From positions 3,364 through 67,363 of the forward strand of contig JAHWKR010000010.1 in NCBI GenBank assembly GCA_019347805.1: a DNA stretch of 64,000 nucleotides. The letters run 5' to 3'. The notes beneath the pieces are model-generated. The model did no database searches and had not been told where the DNA came from. It worked only from the letters and a program-made list of their open reading frames with translations. Shown here in pieces: positions 36,767-46,912 of the stretch. Both the position numbers and the translations under genes were made by a program. Position 1 is the first letter of the stretch, and each line of letters opens with the position of its first letter. Source of the DNA: Methanobacteriota archaeon (GTDB lineage Archaea; Thermoplasmatota; E2; JACPAO01; JAHWKR01).

Positions 36767-38026
36767 TCACAGCGGGATGTGGCGCCCGCCGGCGACCACC
36801 GCGCGCACGTGGTTCCGTCCGAATGCGTATGCGAGGTGGACATGGGTGGCCTGGTCGGTGACGACAAGATCGGCGGGATGGCCGGGCGCGAGCACACCCA
36901 GTCCGGCTTCCGGGTCGAGTGAATGGCCGGCGTTCACCGTGGCGGCGACCAGTGCCTCGGCTGGTGCAAGACCCATGGCGTAGACCGCCTGTTGCACGAC
37001 GAAGCCCATGTTGAGGCAGGGGACGTTCGGGTTGAAGTCGGTGGCGAGCGAGACGATGCAACCACGTTCCACCATCTTTCGTGCCGGGGCGTAGGTCGGG
37101 TCGCGGATGGCGTAGGGGACGAGGGGGAGCAATGTGGCGACGGTGTCGCTCCCGGCGAGTGCCTCGATGCCATCGTCCGAGATGGACAGGAGATGGTCGG
37201 CGGAGGCGGCACCCAGATCGACCGCGAAGGCGGCTCCGCCGAGGTCGTTGAACTCATCGGCATGGATGCGCACTTTCAGACCCAGACGTTTCGCTTCGAT
37301 GAGGAGGGGCCTCACTTCGTCGGGGGAATAGACGCCTTTTTCGACGAAGGCGTCGCAGAATGTCGCGAGGCCCCGCTTCGCGACCTTCGGCAAGGTCGAC
37401 GTGCGCATCTCGTCGAGGTACGGTGTCGGGTCGTCGCGGTGTTCCGGGGGACGTTCGTGGGCGCCGAGATAGGTGGCGTAGAGCCGTTGGTGGATGCGGC
37501 CGCGCGCCATGCGGATCGCCTCCAGTTGGCCGAGTTCGGAGAGTTCGTCGAGTCCGTAGCCGCTTTTCGCTTCCAATGCGGTCGTGCCGTGGTGGAGCGC
37601 GTCGCGGGCGCGCTCGGCGGCGAGCGCCGCCAGATGGTCGGGGTCGGCTTGGCGTGTCTCCTTGACGGTATAGGGGATGCCGCCGCCCGCTTCGGTGATC
37701 TCGCGGTAGGTGCGGCCCTGCAGTTTCCATTCCAGTTCCCAGGCGCGTGAGCCGGCCCACACCAGGTGCGTGTGCGTGTCGACGAAGCCGGGCATGACGA
37801 CGCCGTCCTTGGCGTCGACCAGTGTGCCGGCGTCGAAGGAGGCGAGGATGTCGCGGCTCGGGCCGGTCGCGACGATGCGGCCGTCATGGATGGCGACGGC
37901 ACCGTCCTCGATGACGCCGACGTGGCCGAGCGCCGCGCCACGGCGCGCTCCGTGCGTCTCGCCGTCGGGGCCCACCATGGTGAGAAGCTCCGAGGCGTTC
38001 GCGACGACGATGTCGACGTGGGACAT
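36767..38026 (-). CDS. hutI: imidazolonepropionase
   Basis: Amidohydrolase motifs GFVDTHTHLVWAGSR and RIHADE. Overall HutI-like. Start at MSHVDIVV (38026); the 48-aa ORF-track extension was rejected. Confidence 0.8.
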   Translation of the reverse strand: MSHVDIVVANASELLTMVGPDGETHGARRGAALGHVGVIEDGAVAIHDGRIVATGPSRDILASFDAGTLVDAKDGVVMPGFVDTHTHLVWAGSRAWELEWKLQGRTYREITEAGGGIPYTVKETRQADPDHLAALAAERARDALHHGTTALEAKSGYGLDELSELGQLEAIRMARGRIHQRLYATYLGAHERPPEHRDDPTPYLDEMRTSTLPKVAKRGLATFCDAFVEKGVYSPDEVRPLLIEAKRLGLKVRIHADEFNDLGGAAFAVDLGAASADHLLSISDDGIEALAGSDTVATLLPLVPYAIRDPTYAPARKMVERGCIVSLATDFNPNVPCLNMGFVVQQAVYAMGLAPAEALVAATVNAGHSLDPEAGLGVLAPGHPADLVVTDQATHVHLAYAFGRNHVRAVVAGGRHIPL

Positions 38027-38148
38027 TGAATGTCTGATGGGGTGGGGGTTCTTAGGGGGAGGGGGCTTCGCCCCCTCCCCCTGGGTGCCAGGGAGATCCG
38101 CCTGCCGGCCCGATACCTTTTCCCATCCTTCCGCATGCCGCGTCCGCG

Positions 38149-39180
38149 ATGGCGACGAGCGCCCTGACATTGCCGCATGTGCGTCCGGTCGAGCCGCCGG
38201 TGCGCGCGAAGCCGTTCGATGCGGAGGACCCGCGCATGCTCAACCTCTTGCAGGGTGTCCTGCCCGATACCATCACGGGCGCCGCGACCCGTCGTGCCGC
38301 GGCGGCGCGACCGGTGAGTATCTTCGGTGTGCCCTTCGACGGCGCGGTGGGCGGTCGCAAGGGCGCCGCGGAAGGACCGGCGGCGATCCGGGAGGCGTTC
38401 CGTTATTTTTCGTCGTTCGATGCGACGAGCGACACGCAGCTCTTGGGGCTCGACCTGGTGGACCATGGCGACGTCGAGGTGGTGCCGGATGACACACGGA
38501 CGACCCATGACCGTGCCGCCGACGTCGTGGAAGCGGTCGTCCGCAGCGGACGCGTGCCCGTGGCGCTCGGCGGGGACCATTCGCTCACCTATGCCCATGT
38601 CGCGGGCTTGGCGCGCGCCACGGAGGGCCGCATCGGCATCATCGTGGTCGACGCCCACTATGACCTGCGGCCCGTGGGGCCCGACGGGCATGTCTCGAGC
38701 GGGACGCCGTTCCGGCGCATCCTGGAGGAGCTCAAGCCCGATGCGCACGGCCCGAGAGTACGGGGAATGGACCTGTTCGAGATCGGCTTGCGGCCGTTCG
38801 CCAACAGCGCCTCGCTCGCCGCCTACGCCAAAGGCCAGGACGTGCGGACCGTGACGACACGGGAACTCCGTCTGCGCGGTGTCGACGCGGTCCTCTCCGA
38901 GGCGGCGGAGCGTTTGCAACAGGTCGACCATCTCTGGTTGTCCATCGACATCGACGGCGTCGATCAGGCACACGCGCCGGGTTGTTCCGCGCCCACGCCG
39001 GAGGGTCTCCTGCCCGAGGAACTGGACACGATCAGTCGGTGGGCCGGTTCGGATGCGCGTTTCGCGGGGCTCGACCTGCTGGAGACGGCGCCGCGCTACG
39101 ACCCGACCGGCAACACGGCGCGGGTCGGTGCGCTGGCCATCTTGCATGCGTTGGCGGGGCTTGTCGACGGAAGAAAATGA
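38149..39180 (+). CDS. hutG: formiminoglutamase / arginase-family hydrolase
   Basis: Arginase-family metal-binding motifs GGDHSLT, DAHYDL and SIDIDGVD. Divergent from hutI. Confidence 0.65.
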   Translation: MATSALTLPHVRPVEPPVRAKPFDAEDPRMLNLLQGVLPDTITGAATRRAAAARPVSIFGVPFDGAVGGRKGAAEGPAAIREAFRYFSSFDATSDTQLLGLDLVDHGDVEVVPDDTRTTHDRAADVVEAVVRSGRVPVALGGDHSLTYAHVAGLARATEGRIGIIVVDAHYDLRPVGPDGHVSSGTPFRRILEELKPDAHGPRVRGMDLFEIGLRPFANSASLAAYAKGQDVRTVTTRELRLRGVDAVLSEAAERLQQVDHLWLSIDIDGVDQAHAPGCSAPTPEGLLPEELDTISRWAGSDARFAGLDLLETAPRYDPTGNTARVGALAILHALAGLVDGRK

Positions 39181-39568
39181 GCGGAGGGCTACGCATGGTC
39201 GGTGTGGAGGTGCTTTTTTACGTGAAGGCGCCTTATCTGCACTCGTGCAAGGACGGATCGTCATGAGTACGGTCTTCGCGCTCTTGGCTTCAGCCTTGCT
39301 CAGTCCCGGTTCCGCTTGGCCGCTATTTGCGGGGACCGAGGTGAACGACCATCCGGAAGGATCGGCACCTTGCACGACGGGTCCGCATGATGCAGAACTC
39401 GTCTACGTCCACCCCATGTTCGAACCGGCTGAGATCGTACCGGCCGATGTCCACGTCAAATGTCGATTGGACGGGTGAGGGACGGGACATTTGCGAGCAG
39501 CGGCACCTCAAATCACGACCCCCCCGAGCCAAAGGAGCTAAATCGGGCAGGCCTATGTCGTCCTCGGG

Positions 39569-39886
39569 ATGCTACTCGTCACGCTCTTGGTCAGCTTGGC
39601 GGCCACCGTGGTCGTCGAGGCGGCCTGTACGATCGGTCTGCCGAACCTCTGGACCCGCCCACGCTTCGTGGTCCAACCGCTCCTGGGGGGTATCGTGGCG
39701 TTCTTCGTGCCAACGGACCTGATGGCGATGGCGCCGTGGTTCGACCATTGGCTCTCGGCCTTGTTGGGCGCCGTGGTCGGCCTCCTCGTCGCGGCGGCGG
39801 GTCTCTTCAACCAGCGTTTCTTCATCGGGCCGTCGGAGTCCGATGTGCGCCGCTCCGGGATGCGTTCGTTCTACGCGCGGCGGTGA
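39569..39886 (+). CDS. small membrane protein (105 aa)
   Basis: Two to three hydrophobic helices. Weak evidence. Confidence 0.3.
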   Translation: MLLVTLLVSLAATVVVEAACTIGLPNLWTRPRFVVQPLLGGIVAFFVPTDLMAMAPWFDHWLSALLGAVVGLLVAAAGLFNQRFFIGPSESDVRRSGMRSFYARR

Positions 39887-39892
39887 GTCCCC

Positions 39893-41035
39893 TCACATCA
39901 GTTTGAGGAGGTCGCGAGCGCCTTCGGTGACCGGTTTGCCTTCGAAGAGGACCTTGTAGATCTGGCCGGTGAGCGGCAGGTCGATGCCGTGCTTGAGGGC
40001 GTATTCGTGCACGAAACGGGTCGCGGGGACGCCTTCTGCCACCTTGCCGTGCATGCTTTCGAGGATCTCGTCGAGGCTTTCGCCGCGCCCGAGTTGTTCG
40101 CCGACATGACGGTTGCGGGAGTGGGGCGAGGTGCAGGTGGCGATGAGGTCCCCGAGTCCGGCGAGGCCCATGTAGGTCTCTTTCTTGGCGCCCATGGCGC
40201 GGCCGAAGCGGATCATCTCGGAGAGGCCCAGGGTGATGATGGCGCTTCGTGTGTTGTCGCCGTAGCCGATGCCGTCGCAGATGCCGGTCGCGAGCGCCAC
40301 GATGTTCTTGGTGACGCCCCCGAGCTCGACGCCGACGAGGTCGGTGTGGGGGAAGACCTTGAAGGAGCGCGTGGAGAACATCTCGCACACGACGGGGAGG
40401 CATTCGGGGCGGTTCGAGGCGACGACGGTCGCGCCCGGCATGTCGCGGCCGATCTCTTCGGCGTGGTTGGGGCCGGAGAGGGTGACGATGGGGTTCTGGT
40501 CGCCGACGACGTCGGCGATGACCTCGCTCATGCGCAGGTAGGTGTCGTGCTCGATGCCTTTTGCGACGTTCACGATGATGGAGTCGGGGTCGGTGATGCA
40601 CGGGAGCAGGGTCTCGGCGGCTTCGCGTACCGCTTGCGAGGGGACGGCGATGACGGCGATGCGCGCCCTTTCGACGGTCGCGGGCAGGCTCTGCGAGATG
40701 TAGATGTTGAGCGGCAGGGTGACGCCGGGGAGGTATTTCTGGTTCTCACGCTTCTCGCGCATGATCCAGGATTGTTTCTCGTTGCGCACCCACTGGTTGA
40801 CCTCGTAGCCTTTCTTGGCTAGGAGGACGGCGAGGGTGGTGCCGAAGCCGCCGGAGCCGATGATCGCGATCGGGTGGTCTAGGTAGTCCTCGGGGCGAAA
40901 ACGTCTGCCGGCCGCGCTGCCGCCGCGTGTCTCCCGTTTCGGGTCCTCGTGGGCGCCGTGCGCGCCGTTCCCATCCCGGCGTGGAGCAACCGGTGTGGTC
41001 TCCTCGCGGCGGGCGGTGGTCTGGGCCTTCGTCAT
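39893..41035 (-). CDS. gpsA: NAD(P)H-dependent glycerol-3-phosphate dehydrogenase
   Basis: Rossmann IAIIGSGGFGTTLAVLLAKKG. GpsA motif GVTKNIVALATGICDG. A 55-aa low-complexity N-terminal extension suggests the true start may be internal. Confidence 0.8.
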   Translation of the reverse strand: MTKAQTTARREETTPVAPRRDGNGAHGAHEDPKRETRGGSAAGRRFRPEDYLDHPIAIIGSGGFGTTLAVLLAKKGYEVNQWVRNEKQSWIMREKRENQKYLPGVTLPLNIYISQSLPATVERARIAVIAVPSQAVREAAETLLPCITDPDSIIVNVAKGIEHDTYLRMSEVIADVVGDQNPIVTLSGPNHAEEIGRDMPGATVVASNRPECLPVVCEMFSTRSFKVFPHTDLVGVELGGVTKNIVALATGICDGIGYGDNTRSAIITLGLSEMIRFGRAMGAKKETYMGLAGLGDLIATCTSPHSRNRHVGEQLGRGESLDEILESMHGKVAEGVPATRFVHEYALKHGIDLPLTGQIYKVLFEGKPVTEGARDLLKLM

Positions 41036-41077
41036 CGGGTCCTCGGCAGGGTCCCTTTCAGCCGCCGCCTTTTATTT

Positions 41078-42118
41078 ATGGGCTTGCCCGGGCGACTCGT
41101 CCAGGTCCATCCTGCGCCCTTCGACAGTTTCTTGTCCGGGTCGCGCACTGAGTGTGCCGTGCGCCTGCGCATCATCTATGAATCGGCCCGCCTGGCGCTG
41201 CTTTCCAAGGGCATCCGGCCGGGGATCGTGAACCTCTCGGAGGACGCCGTGGTGCCGTTCGTGTCGTTCCTGGACGGCCGTCCACGCCTGGCCAGACGGC
41301 GCCCGGTCGATGCCGAGGAGGAGGGACCGCTCGTGGTCTTCGTGCATGGCCTCGGTTCGTCGGTGGTGACCTGGGCCGCCGCTCTGCCTGCGGTGGCACG
41401 CCGCGTGCCGGCGCTCGCCGTCGACCTGCCCGGCTATGGCCGGACGCCGCTTCCGGAGGGCCGCTCCCATCTCGGTCTCTTGGAGAAGGTCGAGGTGCTC
41501 GAACGTTTCATAGAGGCCATCGCGCCGGAGCGGAAGGTGCATCTGGTCGGCCAGTCCATGGGCGGTTGGGTGTCGGCGTGGGTGGCGGCGCGACGCCCCG
41601 ACAAGGTGACCCGGCTCACGCTCGTCAATCCGGCCGGCGTCTTCACGCCGCAGGTGTTCGAGCAGCGACGCCTCTTCACGCCGCGCGACAAGCGCGAGAC
41701 GCGGGTCCTGTGGCAGCGGATGTGGCATCGCCTGCCGCGCAGTTTCCCGTTCTTCGCCGGCGATTATTGGCGGTTGACCCGTACGCCTGAGGTGCGCGGT
41801 TTCATCGATTCGGTCGGGGAGGAGGATTTCCTCAACGAGGCGCTCGCGAAGATCACGGCGCCGACCCTGGTGGTGTGGGGCCTGTCGGACACGTTCCTCG
41901 ATTTCGAGACCGTCCGGTTGCTCCAAAACGGTGTCCCCGATGTGCGCGTGCGACTTCTGCCGGATTGTGGTCATGTCCCGCAACGGGAGGACCCGCGGCG
42001 TTTCTTGTCGCTCGTCCTGCCGTGGTTGGAGGGCCGTGAACCGCCGGAGACGGAACGGCCGGGAGTCCGCCTCACGGGACCGGCGGGGCCCTCCTCCGCT
42101 GGCGCGCATGACGCATAG
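41078..42118 (+). CDS. alpha/beta-fold hydrolase
   Basis: Nucleophile elbow HLVGQSMGG. HGLGSS oxyanion region. C-terminal catalytic His DCGHVPQ. TTTATTTA lies immediately upstream of the ATG. Confidence 0.8.
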   Translation: MGLPGRLVQVHPAPFDSFLSGSRTECAVRLRIIYESARLALLSKGIRPGIVNLSEDAVVPFVSFLDGRPRLARRRPVDAEEEGPLVVFVHGLGSSVVTWAAALPAVARRVPALAVDLPGYGRTPLPEGRSHLGLLEKVEVLERFIEAIAPERKVHLVGQSMGGWVSAWVAARRPDKVTRLTLVNPAGVFTPQVFEQRRLFTPRDKRETRVLWQRMWHRLPRSFPFFAGDYWRLTRTPEVRGFIDSVGEEDFLNEALAKITAPTLVVWGLSDTFLDFETVRLLQNGVPDVRVRLLPDCGHVPQREDPRRFLSLVLPWLEGREPPETERPGVRLTGPAGPSSAGAHDA

Positions 42119-42169
42119 GTGCGCCCGAAACGGTTTTCCCCATCGGGTCGCTCTTCGCACCCGGTACGG

Positions 42170-43228
42170 ATGGCAGGACTCCCGAAGCGCGGCGCGCTCC
42201 TCTTTCTCCTCGTGGTGTCATTGCCGCTTTTGTCCGGTTGCACGGCGGAAGGACCGGAAGAGATGCGCGAGACACCGATCGAAGACACGTTCGATCCGCA
42301 GCCGTTCATCGACCTCTATTCGGGTCTCCGTGCCGCGCCCGAGGTGCGCTTCACGACAGACCATGGCGAGGTGCGCATGCTGCTCTACACGGAGCTCATG
42401 CCCCGCACCACGGCGCGCTTCGCAGAACTCGTCAAGGATGGCTTCTACGACGGCACTTTGGTCCATCGCGTGGTCGACGATTTCGTCATTCAGGGCGGCG
42501 ACCCGAGCAAGACCGGGCAGTTCGGGAGCGGGGAGACCATCCCGTTCGAGTCGGACCCGCGACTGCACTTCGGCTTCGGGGCGGTCGGCCTGGCGCGGGA
42601 TCTTGACCCCGACAGCGGCGATTCCCAATGGTTCTTGACCGAGCGCCCGGCGCCGCATCTCCATGACCCGAACGGCCGCACAGCGGCGGTCTTCGGCACG
42701 TATTCGCTCTATGCGCAGGTGTTCGACGGCATGACGACGGTGCGCCACATCGCGGCGGTCGATGTCGTCCCGGGCCTCGACCGGCCGGTCGAGGATGTGG
42801 TCGTCGAGAAGGCAGAACTCCTTGACCCGCCTGCGGAAGTGGACCCGTTGCATTTCCCGAAGCGCCTCGAAGGGCCTTATCGGCTGGGCCTTGGGGAGAC
42901 CTGGCTCGAGCGGCCGTTCGGTCTCTTCGCCGACCACCCATTCCCGCTCACCGTCGTCGTCGAAGCCGAGTCGGCGGAGACGGAGGAAACACCGGTGCCG
43001 CCGTCGTCGGTCCGCGTCACCTTCGAACGCGACGAGAACAACACCGTGGCGCTCGACCTGCTTCCGGCCATGGACGACCCGTGGCTCTTCAGCGCCGACA
43101 CGATCCTCGACACCGCCGGAACATGGCGCATGACCCTGTCGGCAGACGGGGTCGTCGCCGGTCCGACCGACCTCGAGGTCCTGCCCCTAGGCGTGGCGAT
43201 CCGTACGGCGGCGGGCCACAGGGAGTAG
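42170..43228 (+). CDS. cyclophilin-type peptidyl-prolyl cis-trans isomerase lipoprotein with C-terminal extension
   Basis: Lipobox LPLLSGC. Cyclophilin core FHRVVDDFVIQGGDP. The roughly 150-aa C-terminal domain is unknown. Confidence 0.8.
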   Translation: MAGLPKRGALLFLLVVSLPLLSGCTAEGPEEMRETPIEDTFDPQPFIDLYSGLRAAPEVRFTTDHGEVRMLLYTELMPRTTARFAELVKDGFYDGTLVHRVVDDFVIQGGDPSKTGQFGSGETIPFESDPRLHFGFGAVGLARDLDPDSGDSQWFLTERPAPHLHDPNGRTAAVFGTYSLYAQVFDGMTTVRHIAAVDVVPGLDRPVEDVVVEKAELLDPPAEVDPLHFPKRLEGPYRLGLGETWLERPFGLFADHPFPLTVVVEAESAETEETPVPPSSVRVTFERDENNTVALDLLPAMDDPWLFSADTILDTAGTWRMTLSADGVVAGPTDLEVLPLGVAIRTAAGHRE

Positions 43229-43238
43229 CGCCGACCTT

Positions 43239-44072
43239 ATGGGGGGGCGGTCCGCTCGTCGGTCCGTGTCTCGCGACCACGCGCTCCTCCAGAAGGACCG
43301 TCCCCTTGTCGGTGTGGTCCACCTGCCGCCGCTTTCCGGCCCGCGGAGTCCTGGGGTCGAGGCGATCCTGGAACGTGCGCGGGCCGATGCCGAGGCCTAC
43401 GCGACGGCCGGGTTCGACGCGCTCCTGGTGGAGAACTTCGGCGACACGCCGTTCCCGAAGGAGCGTTCCGAGCCGCACGTGGCGGCCATGGTAGGTCGTG
43501 CGGTGGCGACGGCACGCGAGGCGTCGGGGCTTCCGACCGGTGCCAATGTCTTGCGCAACGATGTCCGTTCGGCGCTCGCTGCGGCCCATGCCGGTGGCGG
43601 CGTCTTCGTCCGTGTCAATGTCTTGACCGGTGTCCTGGTGACCGACCAGGGGCTCATCGAGGGCGACGCTCATGATGTGCTGACCTATCGCGACCGCCTC
43701 GGCCGCGGTGGTGGACCGGAGCGCATCCTCGTCTGCGCCGACGTGGCGGTGAAACATGCGGCACCGCTCGCGCCGCGTCGGGTCGAGGACGAGGCGCACG
43801 ACACGGCCCATCGGGCGCGCGCGGACGTGCTCTTGGTGACGGGTTCGGCGACGGGTCGGGCGCCCATCATGGACGACCTCTTCGCGGCCAAGCGTGGCGC
43901 GGGTGGGGTGCCGGTGTGGGCGGCGAGCGGGGTCGATGAGAAGACGGTCGCCAAGGTGCTCGAGGTGGCGGATGGGGTCGTCGTGGGCTCGGCGGTCAAG
44001 CAGGGCGGTGTGACGCATCACGAAGTGGATGCGGACAAGGCGCACCGGTTCGTCCAGGCGGCGGGCCGCTAG
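43239..44072 (+). CDS. BtpA/SgcQ-family TIM-barrel protein
   Basis: N-terminus LVGVVHLPPLSGPRS...GFDALLVENFGDTPF matches the BtpA-family pattern (GxxHLxPLPG ... ENxxDxPF). Confidence 0.55.
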   Translation: MGGRSARRSVSRDHALLQKDRPLVGVVHLPPLSGPRSPGVEAILERARADAEAYATAGFDALLVENFGDTPFPKERSEPHVAAMVGRAVATAREASGLPTGANVLRNDVRSALAAAHAGGGVFVRVNVLTGVLVTDQGLIEGDAHDVLTYRDRLGRGGGPERILVCADVAVKHAAPLAPRRVEDEAHDTAHRARADVLLVTGSATGRAPIMDDLFAAKRGAGGVPVWAASGVDEKTVAKVLEVADGVVVGSAVKQGGVTHHEVDADKAHRFVQAAGR

Positions 44073-44755
44073 CCGCGTCGTCTCGCGAGCCACGCCTCGG
44101 CCCGTTCGAGGTCCCCCTGGGTGTCGATGGAGAGGAGGATGGTGGGGTCGTCGCCGAAGAGGCCGAAGTATTCCTTGCCGAGCGGCCGGGCGTCGACCGC
44201 TTCGACGAGCGCGTGAAGACTGTGCGCGGCTTCGGCCTGTGCGACTTCGAGCGCTTCTTCAAGCCCGTCTCGCCGCCATAGGGAGGGGAACGTCTGCCAC
44301 CAGCCTTCCAGGTGGAAGAGGACGGTGTCGTGTCCCGAGAGACGTTCCTGCAAGCCGAGGAGGAGGTCGGGGGGGACGAGGGGCATGTCCGATGAGAGTA
44401 GGAGTACGTAGGGGTCCTTGATGTGCGGCAAGACAGCCCCGACGCCGGAGGCGGGGCCTTGGTGGGGGACGTCGTCGTGGATGAACCGGACCGCGTCTTT
44501 GGCCGGCCCGGAACGGATGAGCGTCAACGCACCGAGGGCGTCGCGCCAGGGTGTCTCGTCGGCGTCGGGTGCGAGGACGACGATGAGTCGGGAGGCGGCG
44601 GCGGAGGCGCTGCGGGCGGCCCACAGGACGAGGGGATCACCGGCGAGCCGTGCGAGGCCCTTGGTCGCGCCGAACCGTTCGCTCTTGCCGCCGGCGAGGA
44701 TGACGGCGGTCGTGTTCCCGGGGCGGGGTCCTTCTTTTCGGCGGCGGAAGAGCAT
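44069..44755 (-). CDS. MobA-like nucleotidyltransferase (molybdenum cofactor guanylyltransferase family)
   Basis: N-terminal AVILAGGKSERFG motif. 228 aa. Overlaps the btpA-like stop by 4 nt. Confidence 0.6.
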   Translation of the reverse strand: MLFRRRKEGPRPGNTTAVILAGGKSERFGATKGLARLAGDPLVLWAARSASAAASRLIVVLAPDADETPWRDALGALTLIRSGPAKDAVRFIHDDVPHQGPASGVGAVLPHIKDPYVLLLSSDMPLVPPDLLLGLQERLSGHDTVLFHLEGWWQTFPSLWRRDGLEEALEVAQAEAAHSLHALVEAVDARPLGKEYFGLFGDDPTILLSIDTQGDLERAEAWLARRRG

Positions 44756-44762
44756 GGTCCTC

Positions 44763-46088
44763 CTAGGTCGCCGCGTGGGCGCGTCGGCGGTTCCACCAGA
44801 GGCCGAGGACGAAGGCGATGGCGCCGAAGACGAGGAGGAACACGAGGTCGGCCTGGGCGTCGCCGAACGTGTAGCGTTTCAGCATCGCGCCGCGGAGTCC
44901 GTCGACGGCGTAGGTGAGGGGCATGGCGTGTGCGAGCGTCTGGGCCACGGGGGGCATGAAGGAGACGGGGAAAAAGAGGCCGGAGAGGAACATCATGGGG
45001 AAGACGACAAGGACGGAAAGCAGGGTGCTGCCGTTGGTGTCGCGCGAGACGCCGGCGACGACGAGGCCTGCGCCGACCGCGGCGAACGCTCCGGCGGCGA
45101 TCATGGTGACGAGAAGGGCGGGGTTGTCGACGCGGACGTCCCAGGCGAGCTTGGCGGCGAGGATGATGAAGAGCGACTGGGCCAGGATGATGACCACCGT
45201 GACAAGGAGTTTGGAGGCCATCACGGTGCCGGTGGAGATGGGGGAGACGTTCAGCCGCACTTGGGCGTGCGACTGGCGTTCGTAGACGGTCAGACTGGAC
45301 GAGGCGAGGATGCCGGTCCAGAAGATGGAGAGGGCGACGGTGGCGGGGACGATGATGTCACGCGCGAACAGGGAGCCGGAGGTGACGTGGGAGACCTGCG
45401 CGTCGACCGGGAGCGCCATGCTCTGGACGATCTCCTCGGAACTTTCCAGGATCGTGATGACGTCCTCGACGAAGACGATGGCGTCCTCCACGAGGCGTTT
45501 TTCGCGGTCGCTGAGTTCGGGGTTCTCGGCCAGTTCGCGCAGCGTCGAGAGAAGGCCGTGGAAGCTCTCTTGTCCGGCGATGTCGCCCTTTCCGCCGAGT
45601 GCGCGGTCGAGTTCGTCGACGACGATGTCGACCTTGGTGGTGACGACGTGGTCATTGAAGCGTTGGATGGCGCCGCGGACGACGTTCTCGGCGACGGTCG
45701 ATTTGGCGAGGTCGCTGCGGTCGAGAAGGACGTCGACGCGGGCGCGGACGGTCAGTTCGGTGATGTCGGTGAGGAAGTGGTCGGGGAAGATGACGACGGC
45801 GTCGACGTCGCCGATGAGCAGCATCTTCCGCGCTTCCTCTTCCGCCCGTTGGAAGCCTTCCTGTGTCTGTGGCGTGAACAGGGTGAGGCTCGTCACATCG
45901 GCGATGCGGTCGGTGATCTGTCCGATGGTGAAGGTCTCGCCCTCGAGCGTCTGCGGACCGTTCCCGGTGGGTGAGACGACGACGGCGATGGGGACGGTCT
46001 GTTTGGGGTCGGCGAAGACGAGGCCCAGGATAGAGACGAGGAGGAGCGGATAGAGGACGAGCGTCACAAGGAGCACGCGGTTGCGCAA
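44763..46088 (-). CDS. ABC-2 type transporter permease
   Basis: N-terminal TM helix, large extracytoplasmic loop, five C-terminal TM helices. Called from a TTG start. True start is uncertain. Confidence 0.75.
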   Translation of the reverse strand: MRNRVLLVTLVLYPLLLVSILGLVFADPKQTVPIAVVVSPTGNGPQTLEGETFTIGQITDRIADVTSLTLFTPQTQEGFQRAEEEARKMLLIGDVDAVVIFPDHFLTDITELTVRARVDVLLDRSDLAKSTVAENVVRGAIQRFNDHVVTTKVDIVVDELDRALGGKGDIAGQESFHGLLSTLRELAENPELSDREKRLVEDAIVFVEDVITILESSEEIVQSMALPVDAQVSHVTSGSLFARDIIVPATVALSIFWTGILASSSLTVYERQSHAQVRLNVSPISTGTVMASKLLVTVVIILAQSLFIILAAKLAWDVRVDNPALLVTMIAAGAFAAVGAGLVVAGVSRDTNGSTLLSVLVVFPMMFLSGLFFPVSFMPPVAQTLAHAMPLTYAVDGLRGAMLKRYTFGDAQADLVFLLVFGAIAFVLGLWWNRRRAHAAT

Positions 46089-46129
46089 GACAAGCCGGAT
46101 GTCCTTCTTGATGAGCGACAGGAACCGGC

Positions 46130-46912
46130 CTATGGTCCCGCCTCCTTCTCTTCGTGCCGGCGCACGCGGCCGACGATGGCATCGGGGTCCGGGCCCTCTG
46201 CGGCGACGGAGTCGGCGGTGACGCAGTCGTGGAAGGCCTGGTCGAGGGTCTTGCCGAGTTCGCGCGGACGACCAGTGAGCTTCACGCGGCCCTGGTCGAG
46301 GATGGCGACGCGGTCGCAGAGCGATTCGGCTTCCTGCATGTAGTGCGTGGTGAGGAGGATCGTGACGCCGCGTTTGCGGAGTGCGTGGATGATTTCCCAG
46401 AGTTCTTCGCGGGCGATGGGGTCCAGCCCGGTCGTCGGTTCGTCCATGATGACCACCTTGGGGTCGTGGATGAGGCCGAGGACGATGTTGAGCCGATGCT
46501 TCATGCCGCCCGAGAAACCGGACACCGCATCATGCGCGCGGCGGTCGAGCGAGACGGTCTTCAAGAGGTCGCGGGCGCGCCGCATCAGGATGGCGCCCTT
46601 CACTCCGTAGAGGGAGCCGAAGAACTCGAGGTTCTCGTAGGCGGTGAGGATCTCGTAGCCGGCGAAGGTCTGCGGCACGATGCCGAGGACATGTTGGACG
46701 GCGCGGGCGCGCGACGTCGTGTCCTTGCCGTCGACCGAGGCGCTCCCGGTGGTGGGCCGCATCTGGCCGGACAGCACCTTGAACAGGGTGGTCTTCCCGG
46801 CCCCGTTGGGACCGAGGACCCCGAAAAGCTCCCCTTCCTCCACAGCGAGCGACACGCAGTCGAGTGCGCGCCGTCCGCCATAATGAACGGAGAGGTCATG
46901 GATCCGGATCAA
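46130..46912 (-). CDS. ABC transporter ATP-binding protein
   Basis: Walker A GPNGAGKTT, signature SGGMKHRL, Walker B VVIMDEPT. Confidence 0.92.
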   Translation of the reverse strand: MIRIHDLSVHYGGRRALDCVSLAVEEGELFGVLGPNGAGKTTLFKVLSGQMRPTTGSASVDGKDTTSRARAVQHVLGIVPQTFAGYEILTAYENLEFFGSLYGVKGAILMRRARDLLKTVSLDRRAHDAVSGFSGGMKHRLNIVLGLIHDPKVVIMDEPTTGLDPIAREELWEIIHALRKRGVTILLTTHYMQEAESLCDRVAILDQGRVKLTGRPRELGKTLDQAFHDCVTADSVAAEGPDPDAIVGRVRRHEEKEAGP

